From: an uncultured Gammaproteobacteria bacterium
GTDB lineage: Bacteria > Patescibacteriota > Microgenomatia > CAZTEW01
Direction of reading: 5' to 3'
NCBI GenBank assembly: GCA_964612215.1
Contig: CAZTEW010000001.1
Span: 12,432-76,431 of the forward strand
Length of the DNA: 64,000 bases
Program-made: the position numbers and the translations under genes
The notes under the pieces: generated by a model
Told to the model about the DNA's origin: nothing
The model's input: only the letters and a program-made list of their open reading frames with translations
The model's database searches: none
Shown here: positions 46,103 through 55,131 of the stretch, in pieces
Layout of the letters: each line of letters begins with the position of its first letter
Position numbering within the stretch: position 1 is the stretch's first letter

Positions 46103-47532
46103 TCATTATTTTGATTGGCGCTTTTTTCTTGCGGCTGCCTTCGCTTTTTGAACCTTTTACTTATGCTGATGAAGGTATTTATTTAACCTTGGGCCAGGCA
46201 ATGCAGCAAGGTAAAATTCTTTACCGAGAGATTCATGATAATAAACCGCCCTTACTTTATCTTTTGGCGGCCCTAGCGGGTAACTTTACTTATTTTCGCC
46301 TTTTATTGATGATCTGGGGCCTGTTTACTATTTATCTTTTTTCACTTTTAGCCCGCCAACTTTTTCCTCAAAAACCAAAAGCCTGGTTACTTGCCACTGG
46401 TTTTTTTGCTATTCTCACCTCAGTTCATACTTTTGAAGGTAATATTGCCAATGCAGAAAATTTTATGCTTTTACCAACAATTGCTGGTTTTTGGCTGATT
46501 CTTAAAAACCTTAAAAATAAGTCAATGTTTCCTTTTTTTCTCGCCGGCTCCTTTTTTGCTTTAGCTGTCTTATTTAAAATTCCCGCTGCCTTTGATTTCT
46601 TGGCCGCCTTAATCTTTCTTTGCTTCATTTCGATTAAACGAAAAGAGAAGCTACCTGCTAGTCGCTACCTGCTAGTCTCTATTTTAGGATTTGCCTTGCC
46701 TTTTCTGATGACTTTTATTTATTTTTACTACCAGAAGGCTCTTTCTCAATATTTAGTCGCGGCCTTTTATCAAAATATTCCCTATCTTTCTTCGTGGGGA
46801 GGCCAGTCTCAAGCTTTCAGCTTCCCCTTTGGCTTTTTAGCTCGGAGTTTAATCGTCGCCGGAACAGTGATCATTGTTTTTCTTTTCAGCAAGAGGCTAA
46901 CCCTGGCAAGCCAATTGATTTTAATTTGGTTTTCTTTTTCACTTTTTGCCGCCTTACTTTCTTCAAGACCTTATCCGCATTATTTATTGCAAATCATGCC
47001 GAGCTTGTCTTTAGCCTTTGGTTTGATTTTGATTTGCTCTTGGGAGAAATTTTTGCCTTTTTTCCTAATGGCGGTTTTTGTCGCTACTTTTTGGGCCTTT
47101 CATTTCTGGCATTATCCCAACCTAAGCTATTATCTTAATTTTTATCAATTTGCCCTAGGAATGAAGACCAAGGATCAATATTTGACTACTTTTGATCCCC
47201 GAGCAGAGATGACTTATCAGCTAGTTCATTATATTTGCAGTCATACTCAAGTTGAGGAGCCAATTTTTATTTGGGGAACCGAGCCATCGGTTTATGCCTT
47301 GTCTCGCCGGCCGCCAGTTGGTCGCTATACGGTCAAATATCATATTATTGATTTCAACGGTTATACAGAAACGATGGCCGCTCTTAAACAAACGCCGCCC
47401 CGTTTAGTGGTGATTATCGGCGATGCAGAAAAAGAGTTTTCAGAACTAGCTTTTTTTCTGAAGAAATATTATTTCAAGAACCATAATATTGGCGAGAGTG
47501 AAATTTACTGGCTTCGAGAGAAACCATCATGA
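46081..47532 (+). CDS. GT-C fold membrane glycosyltransferase (ArnT/PMT-like)
   Basis: 483 aa. YADEGIY..HDNKPPLLY loop motifs. Contains a 14-nt exact tandem duplication at 46649-46676. Confidence 0.55.
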   Translation: MVYQKILIIILIGAFFLRLPSLFEPFTYADEGIYLTLGQAMQQGKILYREIHDNKPPLLYLLAALAGNFTYFRLLLMIWGLFTIYLFSLLARQLFPQKPKAWLLATGFFAILTSVHTFEGNIANAENFMLLPTIAGFWLILKNLKNKSMFPFFLAGSFFALAVLFKIPAAFDFLAALIFLCFISIKRKEKLPASRYLLVSILGFALPFLMTFIYFYYQKALSQYLVAAFYQNIPYLSSWGGQSQAFSFPFGFLARSLIVAGTVIIVFLFSKRLTLASQLILIWFSFSLFAALLSSRPYPHYLLQIMPSLSLAFGLILICSWEKFLPFFLMAVFVATFWAFHFWHYPNLSYYLNFYQFALGMKTKDQYLTTFDPRAEMTYQLVHYICSHTQVEEPIFIWGTEPSVYALSRRPPVGRYTVKYHIIDFNGYTETMAALKQTPPRLVVIIGDAEKEFSELAFFLKKYYFKNHNIGESEIYWLREKPS

Positions 47533-47870
47533 GAAGATTTATCAGAGATAAAAGAAACCGTCTGCCGATTAAAATCTTTTTCGGATTTTTAATCTTTGAT
47601 GTTTTGCTTTTGTTGTTTTTTGTTTTTTCTCTGCCGCCGGAAATTCCTCTTTTTTATTCCCGTCCGTGGGGAGAAAGCCAGTTAGCCGCGCCAGGATTAA
47701 TTTGGCTGCTGCCGACAGCTGTCTTCTTGATTGGTCTCTTGAACCTTTATTTAGCCGTCATTTTTTTTGCAGAACTGCCATTTTTGTCTCATGTTTTAAA
47801 TTGGAGCAATGTCCTGATGTCTTTCTTGGCGACGGTTTCAATAGCGAAGATTATTACCTTGGTTTTTTAA
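47529..47870 (+). CDS. Small membrane protein (hypothetical)
   Basis: 113 aa. 3 TM helices. 4-nt overlaps with neighbours. Confidence 0.3.
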   Translation: MRRFIRDKRNRLPIKIFFGFLIFDVLLLLFFVFSLPPEIPLFYSRPWGESQLAAPGLIWLLPTAVFLIGLLNLYLAVIFFAELPFLSHVLNWSNVLMSFLATVSIAKIITLVF

Positions 47871-48887
47871 ATGAATCTGGTTATTTTGCCGCTTATTTTA
47901 AGTTTTTGCGCCGTGTTCTTCATTACGCCGCTGGTGATCAAACTAGCTAATTTTTTTGGTCTGGTTGACGATTCCCAAAAAAGAGAACACCCGGCTCATA
48001 CCCATCATGGCGTTGTGCCTCGAGCCGGCGGCTTAGCCGTTTTTTTAGGAATTTTCCTGATCAGTTTAATTTTTTTGCCGTTGGACAAACATCTTCAGGG
48101 AATTTTGTTAGGCAGTTTGATTGTCGTTCTGGTTGGTTTACTGGACGACAAATACGACCTGAGCCCCTATTTGCGGCTAGGAACTAATTTCTTGGCGGCC
48201 GGCTGTTTAGTGGTTGCCGGCATTGGCATCAACTTTATTAATAATCCGTTGGACGGCATTTTAATTTTAAACAAAACCGAGTCAGTTTTTTTCGCTGTTT
48301 TTTGGGTGGTTTGGTGCATGAACATGGTTAATTGGAGCAAAGGAGTTGATGGCCAGATGCCTGGTTTCGTGGGGATTGCGGCCACGGTTATCGGCCTGCT
48401 TAGTTTAAGATTCAGCGCTGATATTACTCAGTGGTCGGTGACGATTCTGGCTTTTATCACCGCCGGCGCTTTTTTAGGGTTTTTGCCCTGGAATTTTTAT
48501 CCGCAAAAAATTATGCCTGGTTACGGCGGCGGCAGTCTTGGTGGCTATCTACTGGCGACTCTTTCGATTCTTTCAACCGCGAAAGTAGGCACCATGCTTC
48601 TGGTTTTAGGAATTCCTTTAATTGACGGCGGTTACACCATTCTGCGCCGGATTTTGACCGGCAGACTGCCTTTTTGGGGAGATCGCGGCCATCTTCATCA
48701 CCGCTTGTTGGCCATGGGCTGGGGTCGGCGCCGGATTGCTTTTTTTTACTGGCTGGTTTCTGCTTTTTTGGGCATGATTGCTTTATCCTTAAATCCGCGG
48801 CAAAAATTTTATACGGTAATTTTCTTGACGGCTTTATTGGGCGGAGCGCTGCTTTGGCTGACCCAATTTCTTAAAAAGAAGTCTTAA
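47871..48887 (+). CDS. Polyprenyl-phosphate N-acetylhexosamine-1-phosphate transferase (WecA/MraY family, GT4)
   Basis: 338 aa. LLDDKYDLSP and NMVNWSKGVDGQ motifs of the MraY/WecA superfamily. Confidence 0.75.
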   Translation: MNLVILPLILSFCAVFFITPLVIKLANFFGLVDDSQKREHPAHTHHGVVPRAGGLAVFLGIFLISLIFLPLDKHLQGILLGSLIVVLVGLLDDKYDLSPYLRLGTNFLAAGCLVVAGIGINFINNPLDGILILNKTESVFFAVFWVVWCMNMVNWSKGVDGQMPGFVGIAATVIGLLSLRFSADITQWSVTILAFITAGAFLGFLPWNFYPQKIMPGYGGGSLGGYLLATLSILSTAKVGTMLLVLGIPLIDGGYTILRRILTGRLPFWGDRGHLHHRLLAMGWGRRRIAFFYWLVSAFLGMIALSLNPRQKFYTVIFLTALLGGALLWLTQFLKKKS

Positions 48888-49711
48888 TTTTTAGTGGCAT
48901 ATTGGCCGGCAATCCAACCCTCTTGGCCTTCCTCAAATTCAATTTTATACCAACCATTGTTTTCTTCCAGGAGAATAAATTCAGCGCCTGGCTTGACCCT
49001 AGCCGCTTCAGTGGCAGATAAATTTGGTTCCCAGCGCACGCGAAGCCAGCCAGTAGGAGTTTCATTGATAACGACCGTCTTTTGCCCTGCTTCTTTGATG
49101 GCCGCGCTGGCAGTAGCCTCCGGAGATAACACTTCTTCCCCATCAGCTGTTTTGGCCAGCTGAACGTTAATGATTAATTTCCGGCCGAGAATTGTTTTGG
49201 CTTTGATTTCCTTTTGCTGATAGCCGGGTAAAGTCAAGGAAACCAGGTGGTCGCCTTCCTGGATGTCTTCCAAAGAAATCGGAGTAAAGCCGCGAGTCAC
49301 AGCGTCAACTTTCACCAAAACGCCATCTGGTTGAGAAATAATTGCCAAAACCATCAATCTTTTGTTATTGAGTGATTCTAGGTTCAGGATGGTGCTGCTG
49401 GACTTTTCTTCGCTGGCAGCTAACTGACAATCAATCACCGTGGAAACGCCGGAAACTAGAGAAACTTTTTTTTCCCAAGAAATCAACCCCGCCTCTGGCG
49501 GGGTTATTTTTAAGAGATATTCGCCAGGTTGAAGATTTTCTTGCTTGAAAGGCGTCTGGCCTAAGTGCTTGCCCTCGAGGAAAACAATCGCCTCCGGCTG
49601 GCAATTAATTTCTAGGCCGGCATGCTTTTGAAAGGAAAACGGCCGGAAATGAAAAAATAAAGGAGCGGCAATAATCAAAATGACCCCGACGACAATTAAT
49701 AACCATTTCAC
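48884..49711 (-). CDS. PEGA-domain protein with C-terminal bacterial SH3 domain
   Basis: 275 aa. N-terminal TM. Two PEGA-like repeats (GKHLGQTPF.., GFTPISL). SH3b-like TGWLRVRWEPNLSATEAARVKPGAEFILLEENNGWYKIEF. Confidence 0.5.
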   Translation of the reverse strand: MKWLLIVVGVILIIAAPLFFHFRPFSFQKHAGLEINCQPEAIVFLEGKHLGQTPFKQENLQPGEYLLKITPPEAGLISWEKKVSLVSGVSTVIDCQLAASEEKSSSTILNLESLNNKRLMVLAIISQPDGVLVKVDAVTRGFTPISLEDIQEGDHLVSLTLPGYQQKEIKAKTILGRKLIINVQLAKTADGEEVLSPEATASAAIKEAGQKTVVINETPTGWLRVRWEPNLSATEAARVKPGAEFILLEENNGWYKIEFEEGQEGWIAGQYATKN

Positions 49712-49802
49712 GACCCTTAATTTATATCACAAAACTGGCTTTCTGGCAAGCTGAGACAGGTTTGTTTTCAAGCAAGATTTATGATAAAGTAAGGTTTACT
49801 CA

Positions 49803-49873
49803 GACCGCGTACCCAAGAGGTTAGGGAGTTGTCTGCAAAACAACTAACGCCGGTTCGAATCCGGCCGCGGTCT
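49803..49873 (+). tRNA. tRNA-Cys (GCA)
   Basis: Hand-folded. Acceptor GACCGCG/CGCGGTC. Anticodon stem gttgt/acaac with loop ctGCAaa. T-arm gccgg-ttcgaat-ccggc. Discriminator T. CCA not encoded. Confidence 0.8.
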
Positions 49874-49893
49874 CAAAGAAACAAGAGTTAAGG

Positions 49894-49917
49894 GTTTAAA
49901 AGTTTAAGAGTTTAAGA
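49894..49917. repeat. 8-nt tandem repeat gtttaaRa x3 (left flank of cassette)
   Basis: gtttaaaa gtttaaga gtttaaga, directly after the tRNA. Confidence 0.8.
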
Positions 49918-50345
49918 GTATAATTTTTTGTTTAAGTATTTTTTACGCAGCATCGCTTTGAATTCTTCGGCTGAATCTTGAGTTTCTTTTTTCCATTTTA
50001 AACCTTTATACTTTGACACCTTGACACTCTCAATAAATTTATAAATTATTCCTGAAGTTTGCCTGGCCAAATTAAAGGCTTTTTCAAATCCTTGCTTGTT
50101 AATAAAGTTTTGGTCCAGAGCGACATAGAGCTGGGCTCTGACTTCGCCGCAAGAAGCCTTGGCGATATAGAGAAAATAAAGCAGGTCGTCTTTTGTTCCC
50201 CGCTCAAAGCCTTCAGCGATATTGGATAAGACAGAGACGGCGGCGCGCCGGATCTGGTCTTTCAGAGAAAAGTCGGAAAAGCTTTAGTCCGGGCTTTTTG
50301 CCAGCAATAAAGATCTTCGAAGGTTTTTACTTTTAACTCGGGCAT
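49912..50345 (-). pseudogene. Four-helix-bundle protein (23S rRNA-intervening-sequence-protein family), frameshifted and N-terminally degenerate
   Basis: Own translation. MPELKVKTFEDLYCWQKARTKAFPTFL then a stop. A different frame continues FSDFSLKDQIRRAAVSVLSNIAEGFERGTKDDLLYFLYIAKASCGEVRAQLYVALDQ... This matches the WQKA..FP..SQ.RRAA.S..NIAEG family pattern but with a missing segment and a frame change. Not in the ORF track. Confidence 0.55.
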
Positions 50346-50373
50346 TAACTTAATTTAAACATAAAGACTGTTG

Positions 50374-50413
50374 CTTTAAAAGTTTAAAAGTTTAAAAGTT
50401 TAAAGGTTTAAGA
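50374..50413. repeat. 8-nt tandem repeat (c/g)tttaaRR x5 (right flank of cassette)
   Basis: ctttaaaa gtttaaaa gtttaaaa gtttaaag gtttaaga. Confidence 0.8.
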
Positions 50414-50462
50414 GGCGAGCCCGCCGCCATCAACTTGACTGCCTTTCCACTGTTTCTGCAAA

Positions 50463-50759
50463 TTAAATTGCTGTCGGTGACTCGCTGGCCGTAGGCGGTT
50501 CTTGAGCTGGTTTTTGATAAGCCTCAAAAGCGGCTGTTGCTGTCGGATTAACTTTTTTCAAGACCTCCAAAACCTGGTTTCTCACCTCAAAACTCTTGAT
50601 TACTCCCCCGATGGCCGCTCCCTGCACCCAAGCTTCGACTTGCTTAGTTACTTCCTCCGCTTGTTCAGGAGTTGAGCCGGCTTTAACAACACCATTCAAA
50701 ACCTTATTGCGGTCAAAATCTTCTGTGTTTCCGTCTTTTTTCTGAACCTTGACTGGCAT
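50463..50759 (-). CDS. ATP-cone domain protein
   Basis: MPVKVQKKDGNTEDFDRNKVLNGVVKAG fits the ATP-cone (NrdR/NrdA N-terminal-type) pattern. 98 aa. Confidence 0.55.
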   Translation of the reverse strand: MPVKVQKKDGNTEDFDRNKVLNGVVKAGSTPEQAEEVTKQVEAWVQGAAIGGVIKSFEVRNQVLEVLKKVNPTATAAFEAYQKPAQEPPTASESPTAI

Positions 50760-50786
50760 TTTTCCTCACCCCCTCTCCAATATAAA

Positions 50787-51554
50787 TTAACTGGCTAACC
50801 AACCACCATCAACATAAATCACTGTTCCGGTGATATAATCAGCTTCGTCTGAGGCCAGAAAAGCGGCCGCCGCGCCAATATCCGCTGGCTTGCCGGTCCG
50901 GCCCTTCAGGATTCTGGTCATTAAGCCCTGTTTGGTTTTTTCATCCGCCAGCATGTCTTTAGTCATATCGCTTTCAATCACGCCCGGGCCAATGGCGTTA
51001 ACATTAATGCCTTTTTTCGCTAAATCAACCGCCATGTTTTCCGTAAGAGCGACGACGCCGCCCTTGGAAGCGGTGTAATGAGAAATATTGCTGAAACCAA
51101 CACCCACTCCGCCGGAAGCAATCGAGGCGATATTGATAATTTTACTGCCGGCAGTCATCAATTTGACCGCTTCCTGAGAGCAAAGAAACTGGCCTTTAAG
51201 ATTAACGGCCATCAGTTGATCCCACTGCTCTTCGGTTAACTCCTCAAACGGCGCAAACTGGAGAATACCGGCGTTGTTAACCAGGATGTCTAATTTAGCC
51301 CATTTTTCTTTGATGCCGGCGAACATTTTTCTGACGGCTTCTGAACTAGACACATCCGCCTGGAGACTAAAACTTTCCCGGCCCATTTGTTTAATCTGGC
51401 TGACGACTGCTTCAGCGGCTTCGGCCTGGGAATGGTAATTAATCGCCACGGCTGCACCCTGAGTTGCCAAGGCCAAGACAATTCCCTTGCCGATACCCCG
51501 GGAGCCGCCGGTGACTAAAGCTTTCTTGCCGCTTAAATCAAACATTTTTTTCAT
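50787..51554 (-). CDS. Short-chain dehydrogenase/reductase (FabG-like)
   Basis: KKALVTGGSRGIGKGIVLALA; NNAG; YxxxK present (YTASKGG). Start trimmed to MKKMFDLSGKK. Confidence 0.8.
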   Translation of the reverse strand: MKKMFDLSGKKALVTGGSRGIGKGIVLALATQGAAVAINYHSQAEAAEAVVSQIKQMGRESFSLQADVSSSEAVRKMFAGIKEKWAKLDILVNNAGILQFAPFEELTEEQWDQLMAVNLKGQFLCSQEAVKLMTAGSKIINIASIASGGVGVGFSNISHYTASKGGVVALTENMAVDLAKKGINVNAIGPGVIESDMTKDMLADEKTKQGLMTRILKGRTGKPADIGAAAAFLASDEADYITGTVIYVDGGWLAS

Positions 51555-52551
51555 TGCCAATCTGAATAACAGTTTCAATTAATCTTTGGCTGGTTGCCCA
51601 TTCATTGTCATACCAGGCAATAATTTTGGCAAAATTATTGCCAATCACCTGGGTTCTTTCCAAGTCCACAATGGCCGAATGGGGATTGGCGATAATGTCA
51701 GAAGAAACCAATGGTTCTTGAGTAGTCGTCAGGATATTTTTCAAATCAGATTGAGAGGCTTGAAGAAAAGCACGATTAATGGCGTCGGCGTCAGTTTCTT
51801 TTTCCAGGATGACTGCCAAATCAAGCAAAGAACCGGTGATTACCGGTACGCGGACAGCCAAACCATCAAGTTTACCTTTGAGCTGGGGAATGGCCTTGGC
51901 CACCGCTTGGATAGCGCCGGTAGAAGTAGGAATAATATTCTGGCCAGCGGCCCGAGCTCGTCTAAGGTCTTGACGAGAGCTGTCTTGAAGATTTTGATCG
52001 CCGGTATAAGCATGAACCGTCGTCAGAAAAGCTTTGTTTATCCCGAAGTTTTCCAAAATGACTTTTAAAACCGGCGCGGCGCAATTAGTGGTGCAGGAGC
52101 CACCATCAATGATTTCTTCGCCTTGATATTGATCTAGATTAACCCCGACGAGATAGGTTGGAATTTTCTCATCTTTGGTCGGCGCCGAAATCAGGACTTT
52201 TTTAGCACCGGCCTGAAGATGGCCGTTAACGCCGGCTTGATCGCGGAAAACCCCAGTCGCTTCTAAAACCACATCAATGTCATATTGCCGCCAGGGTAAT
52301 TTAGCTGGCTCCCGCTCGCCAGAAAGAGGGATTTTCTGCTGGCCAATCATTAAATGGTTTTGATCACTGGTAACTTCTTTTTGATAAGGTCCGTAAGCCG
52401 TGTCATATTTAAAAAGATGAGCCCAGCCGGCGGCTTCCATGCTGCCAGAAGTATTAATGGCCGCCACCTTGATTTCTTGAGGATGCTCTAGGGCAATTCT
52501 GAAACTGACGCGGCCAATACGGCCAAAGCCATTAATCGCTAACTTCACCAT
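51538..52551 (-). CDS. gap: Glyceraldehyde-3-phosphate dehydrogenase (type I)
   Basis: MVKLAINGFGRIGR.. and active-site SCTTNCAAP. Start at MVKLAING. The 32-aa track extension is rejected. Confidence 0.9.
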   Translation of the reverse strand: MVKLAINGFGRIGRVSFRIALEHPQEIKVAAINTSGSMEAAGWAHLFKYDTAYGPYQKEVTSDQNHLMIGQQKIPLSGEREPAKLPWRQYDIDVVLEATGVFRDQAGVNGHLQAGAKKVLISAPTKDEKIPTYLVGVNLDQYQGEEIIDGGSCTTNCAAPVLKVILENFGINKAFLTTVHAYTGDQNLQDSSRQDLRRARAAGQNIIPTSTGAIQAVAKAIPQLKGKLDGLAVRVPVITGSLLDLAVILEKETDADAINRAFLQASQSDLKNILTTTQEPLVSSDIIANPHSAIVDLERTQVIGNNFAKIIAWYDNEWATSQRLIETVIQIGNEKNV

Positions 52552-52660
52552 CGCTTGACTAGCATAACACAAGGGATATTGACTGATCAACCGTTTTTTG
52601 GTAATATCAAGCCAGGAGTAGAGAAAGAGGTGGGAGACAGAACCCACCTTTTTTAAAAAT

Positions 52661-53704
52661 ATGGCAGTTATTAGTGCGAGAACAGAATTTGCCAGCGCCC
52701 TGAATCAGATTTGCGCGGAAAGGGGCATAGAATTAAAAGCGGCTCTAGAATCAATTGAAGCCGCGATTTTAGCCGCTTTTAAGAAAGATTTTGGTTTGGA
52801 AGAGGACTGGGAATACAGTGTCCAATTAGACAAAAATACCGGTCATGCCAAGATTTTCCGGTACTCCGAAGTAAAACCAGAAGACAGGAAAGAAGTAACG
52901 CCGCGGGGTTTTGGCAGAATTGCTGCTCAAACCGCCAAGCAGGTGATTCTGCAAAAAATTCGCGAAGCGGAAAAAAGCGCCATCCTTGATGAATACAAAA
53001 CCAGAATTGATACTTTGGTTAACGGCCGGATTCTCCGCTTTGACGGAGCCAACATCATCTGTGATATTGGTCGCGGGCAGGGCGTGATGTTGCCGGAAGG
53101 CCAGGTGAAAAGCGAGAATTACCGGCCTAACCAGCGCTTGACTTTTTATATTGTCAAGATTGGTGAAACCGAAACTGGGGAACAAGTGATTGTTTCTCGG
53201 GCTGACGAGCGTTTAGTCACCAGTCTCTTTCGCCGAGAAGTGCCGGAAATTGCCTCCGGAGCCGCAGAAATCAAGGCGATTGCCCGGGAAGCCGGTAATC
53301 GGACTAAAATTGCTGTTTTTTCCAATAAACCTGGAGTTGATCCGGTGGGTTCCTGTGTCGGCCAAAAAGGAGTTAGGGTTCAGGCAGTGATTGATGAAAT
53401 TAACAACGAGAAAATCGATGTTATCCAATGGTACGGAGACCCGGCGAAGTTCATTGCCGCCAGCCTGGCGCCGGCAGAAAAAGCCAAAGTTGAACTAAAT
53501 GAGAAAAAGAAGACGGCTTTGGTAACGATTAGCGAGAATCAGCTTTCCTTGGCGATTGGTAAAGAAGGCCAAAATGCCCGCTTAGCCGCTAAGCTGACCG
53601 GCTGGAAAATTGATGTGAAGCCTTCCTCTGTTAAAACTAAAAGAGAGGAGAAACCCCACTCCGCTAAAGCTCCGTTAGGGGTTAAAAAAAGTGAGGCCAA
53701 GTGA
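52661..53704 (+). CDS. nusA: Transcription termination/antitermination factor NusA
   Basis: NusA N-terminal domain (SIEAAILAAFKKDFG), S1 (GRILRFDGANIICDIGRG), KH (VGSCVGQKGVRVQAVIDEI). Confidence 0.85.
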   Translation: MAVISARTEFASALNQICAERGIELKAALESIEAAILAAFKKDFGLEEDWEYSVQLDKNTGHAKIFRYSEVKPEDRKEVTPRGFGRIAAQTAKQVILQKIREAEKSAILDEYKTRIDTLVNGRILRFDGANIICDIGRGQGVMLPEGQVKSENYRPNQRLTFYIVKIGETETGEQVIVSRADERLVTSLFRREVPEIASGAAEIKAIAREAGNRTKIAVFSNKPGVDPVGSCVGQKGVRVQAVIDEINNEKIDVIQWYGDPAKFIAASLAPAEKAKVELNEKKKTALVTISENQLSLAIGKEGQNARLAAKLTGWKIDVKPSSVKTKREEKPHSAKAPLGVKKSEAK

Positions 53705-55131
53705 AAAAACCACCGGTTGTGGCCATTCTCGGTCATATTGATCATGGCAAAACCAGCTTGCTTTCAAAAATCAGAGCTCAGGATTTAACCAAAAAAGAAT
53801 CAGGCGGGATTACTCAGCATATTGGTGCTTATCAGGTAAAGCACCAAGGCCAGACGATTACTTTCATTGATACTCCAGGTCACGTTGCCTTTGCCAAGAT
53901 GCGGGCTCGGGGAGCACAAGTGACTGATTTGGTGATTTTAGTGATTGCGGCTGATGATGGCATCATGCCCCAGACCAAAGAATCTTTGGCGCATATTCGG
54001 GCCGCCAAAACGCCATTCTTGGTGGCGATTAATAAGGTTGATCTAGCGGCAGCCGGACCGCAAAAAGTCAAAGAACAGCTTCAGAAAGAAGGGATTTTAG
54101 TCGAGGATTTAGGCGGCGACGTTGTGGCTGTTGAGGTTTCGGCTAAAACAGGCCAGGGAATTAACGAGCTTTTGGAATTAATCCTTCTTTCCGTGGAGAT
54201 GCAGGAGAAAAAGGTTGATCCGGCAGCTCGTCTGAGAGCCGTCGTGATTGAATCGACGCTTGATCATCGCCGTGGTCCAGTGGCTAGCCTGCTGGTCCAG
54301 GATGGAATTTTGCGCCTCGGCGATGAACTGAAATCAGGCCGGATTGAAGGCAAGGTGAAAGCGATGTTTAACGAAGACGGCCAGAAAATCACTGCGGCCG
54401 GCCCGAGCCAGCCGGCTGAAGTGCTGGGATTTAAGGAAGTACCGCCGGTAGGCAGTCTGGTGAGAAAAGCGCTGGATCCAGCCGCGCTTCAAGATCACTT
54501 TTTCTCAGCGAACGAAGACCGGCTACAGCCAGATCAGACAGCAGTGGAGAAAAAACTTAAAATCATCCTGAAAGCTGATGTTCAAGGCACCCTAGAAGCG
54601 ATTAGCAGCAGTCTGCCGGCTGAAGTTGAGATTGTTGTCGGTTCAGTCGGTTTAGTGACCGAATCTGACGTTCTTTTGGCTGAGACGACGAAGGCGGAAA
54701 TCTTTGGTTTTCGGATTAAAGTGTCGACTAGCGTCGCTAAGCTGGCGAAAACAGAAGCAGTGAAGATCCAAAACTTCAACCTTATTTATGAATTGCTGGC
54801 TGAGATTAACAGGAGAATGATCGAACCAGAGAGAGTTGAAGAAATCCTTGGCCGAGCGGAAATCGTAGCAGAGTTTCAATATAACCAGACAAAAGTGGCT
54901 GGTTGTCGGCTGAAAGAAGGGAAAATCAGAAAGAGCGATTTAGTGCGTCTGCAGCGGGGCAAAGTCATCGTGGCTGAGACCAGAATCAAATCGATGAAAT
55001 ATAAAAAAGAAGACATTGAGCTGGCTAAAGAAGGCCAGGAATTCGGGGTGATTTTCAAATCCGAGCTTGACTTTCAAGCAGGAGATAGTGTATTATCGGT
55101 CGTGTTTCCGAGAAATGAATCAAAATCTTGA
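53701..55131 (+). CDS. infB: Translation initiation factor IF-2 (N-terminally short form, GTG start)
   Basis: G-domain AILGHIDHGKTSLL, DTPGH, NKVD. 476 aa beginning at the G domain. Conserved nusA-infB synteny. Confidence 0.9.
   Translation: MKKPPVVAILGHIDHGKTSLLSKIRAQDLTKKESGGITQHIGAYQVKHQGQTITFIDTPGHVAFAKMRARGAQVTDLVILVIAADDGIMPQTKESLAHIRAAKTPFLVAINKVDLAAAGPQKVKEQLQKEGILVEDLGGDVVAVEVSAKTGQGINELLELILLSVEMQEKKVDPAARLRAVVIESTLDHRRGPVASLLVQDGILRLGDELKSGRIEGKVKAMFNEDGQKITAAGPSQPAEVLGFKEVPPVGSLVRKALDPAALQDHFFSANEDRLQPDQTAVEKKLKIILKADVQGTLEAISSSLPAEVEIVVGSVGLVTESDVLLAETTKAEIFGFRIKVSTSVAKLAKTEAVKIQNFNLIYELLAEINRRMIEPERVEEILGRAEIVAEFQYNQTKVAGCRLKEGKIRKSDLVRLQRGKVIVAETRIKSMKYKKEDIELAKEGQEFGVIFKSELDFQAGDSVLSVVFPRNESKS

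Noticed and set aside
49894-50413. gtttaaaa arrays as a possible CRISPR array
   Set aside because: Units are 8 nt, tandem without spacers, and there are no cas genes. The long intervening sequence is a protein-coding relic.
51586-52068. Plus-strand 160-aa ORF and 51779..51973 ORF inside gap
   Set aside because: Antisense to the GAPDH gene (SCTTNCAAP and other motifs intact on the minus strand).
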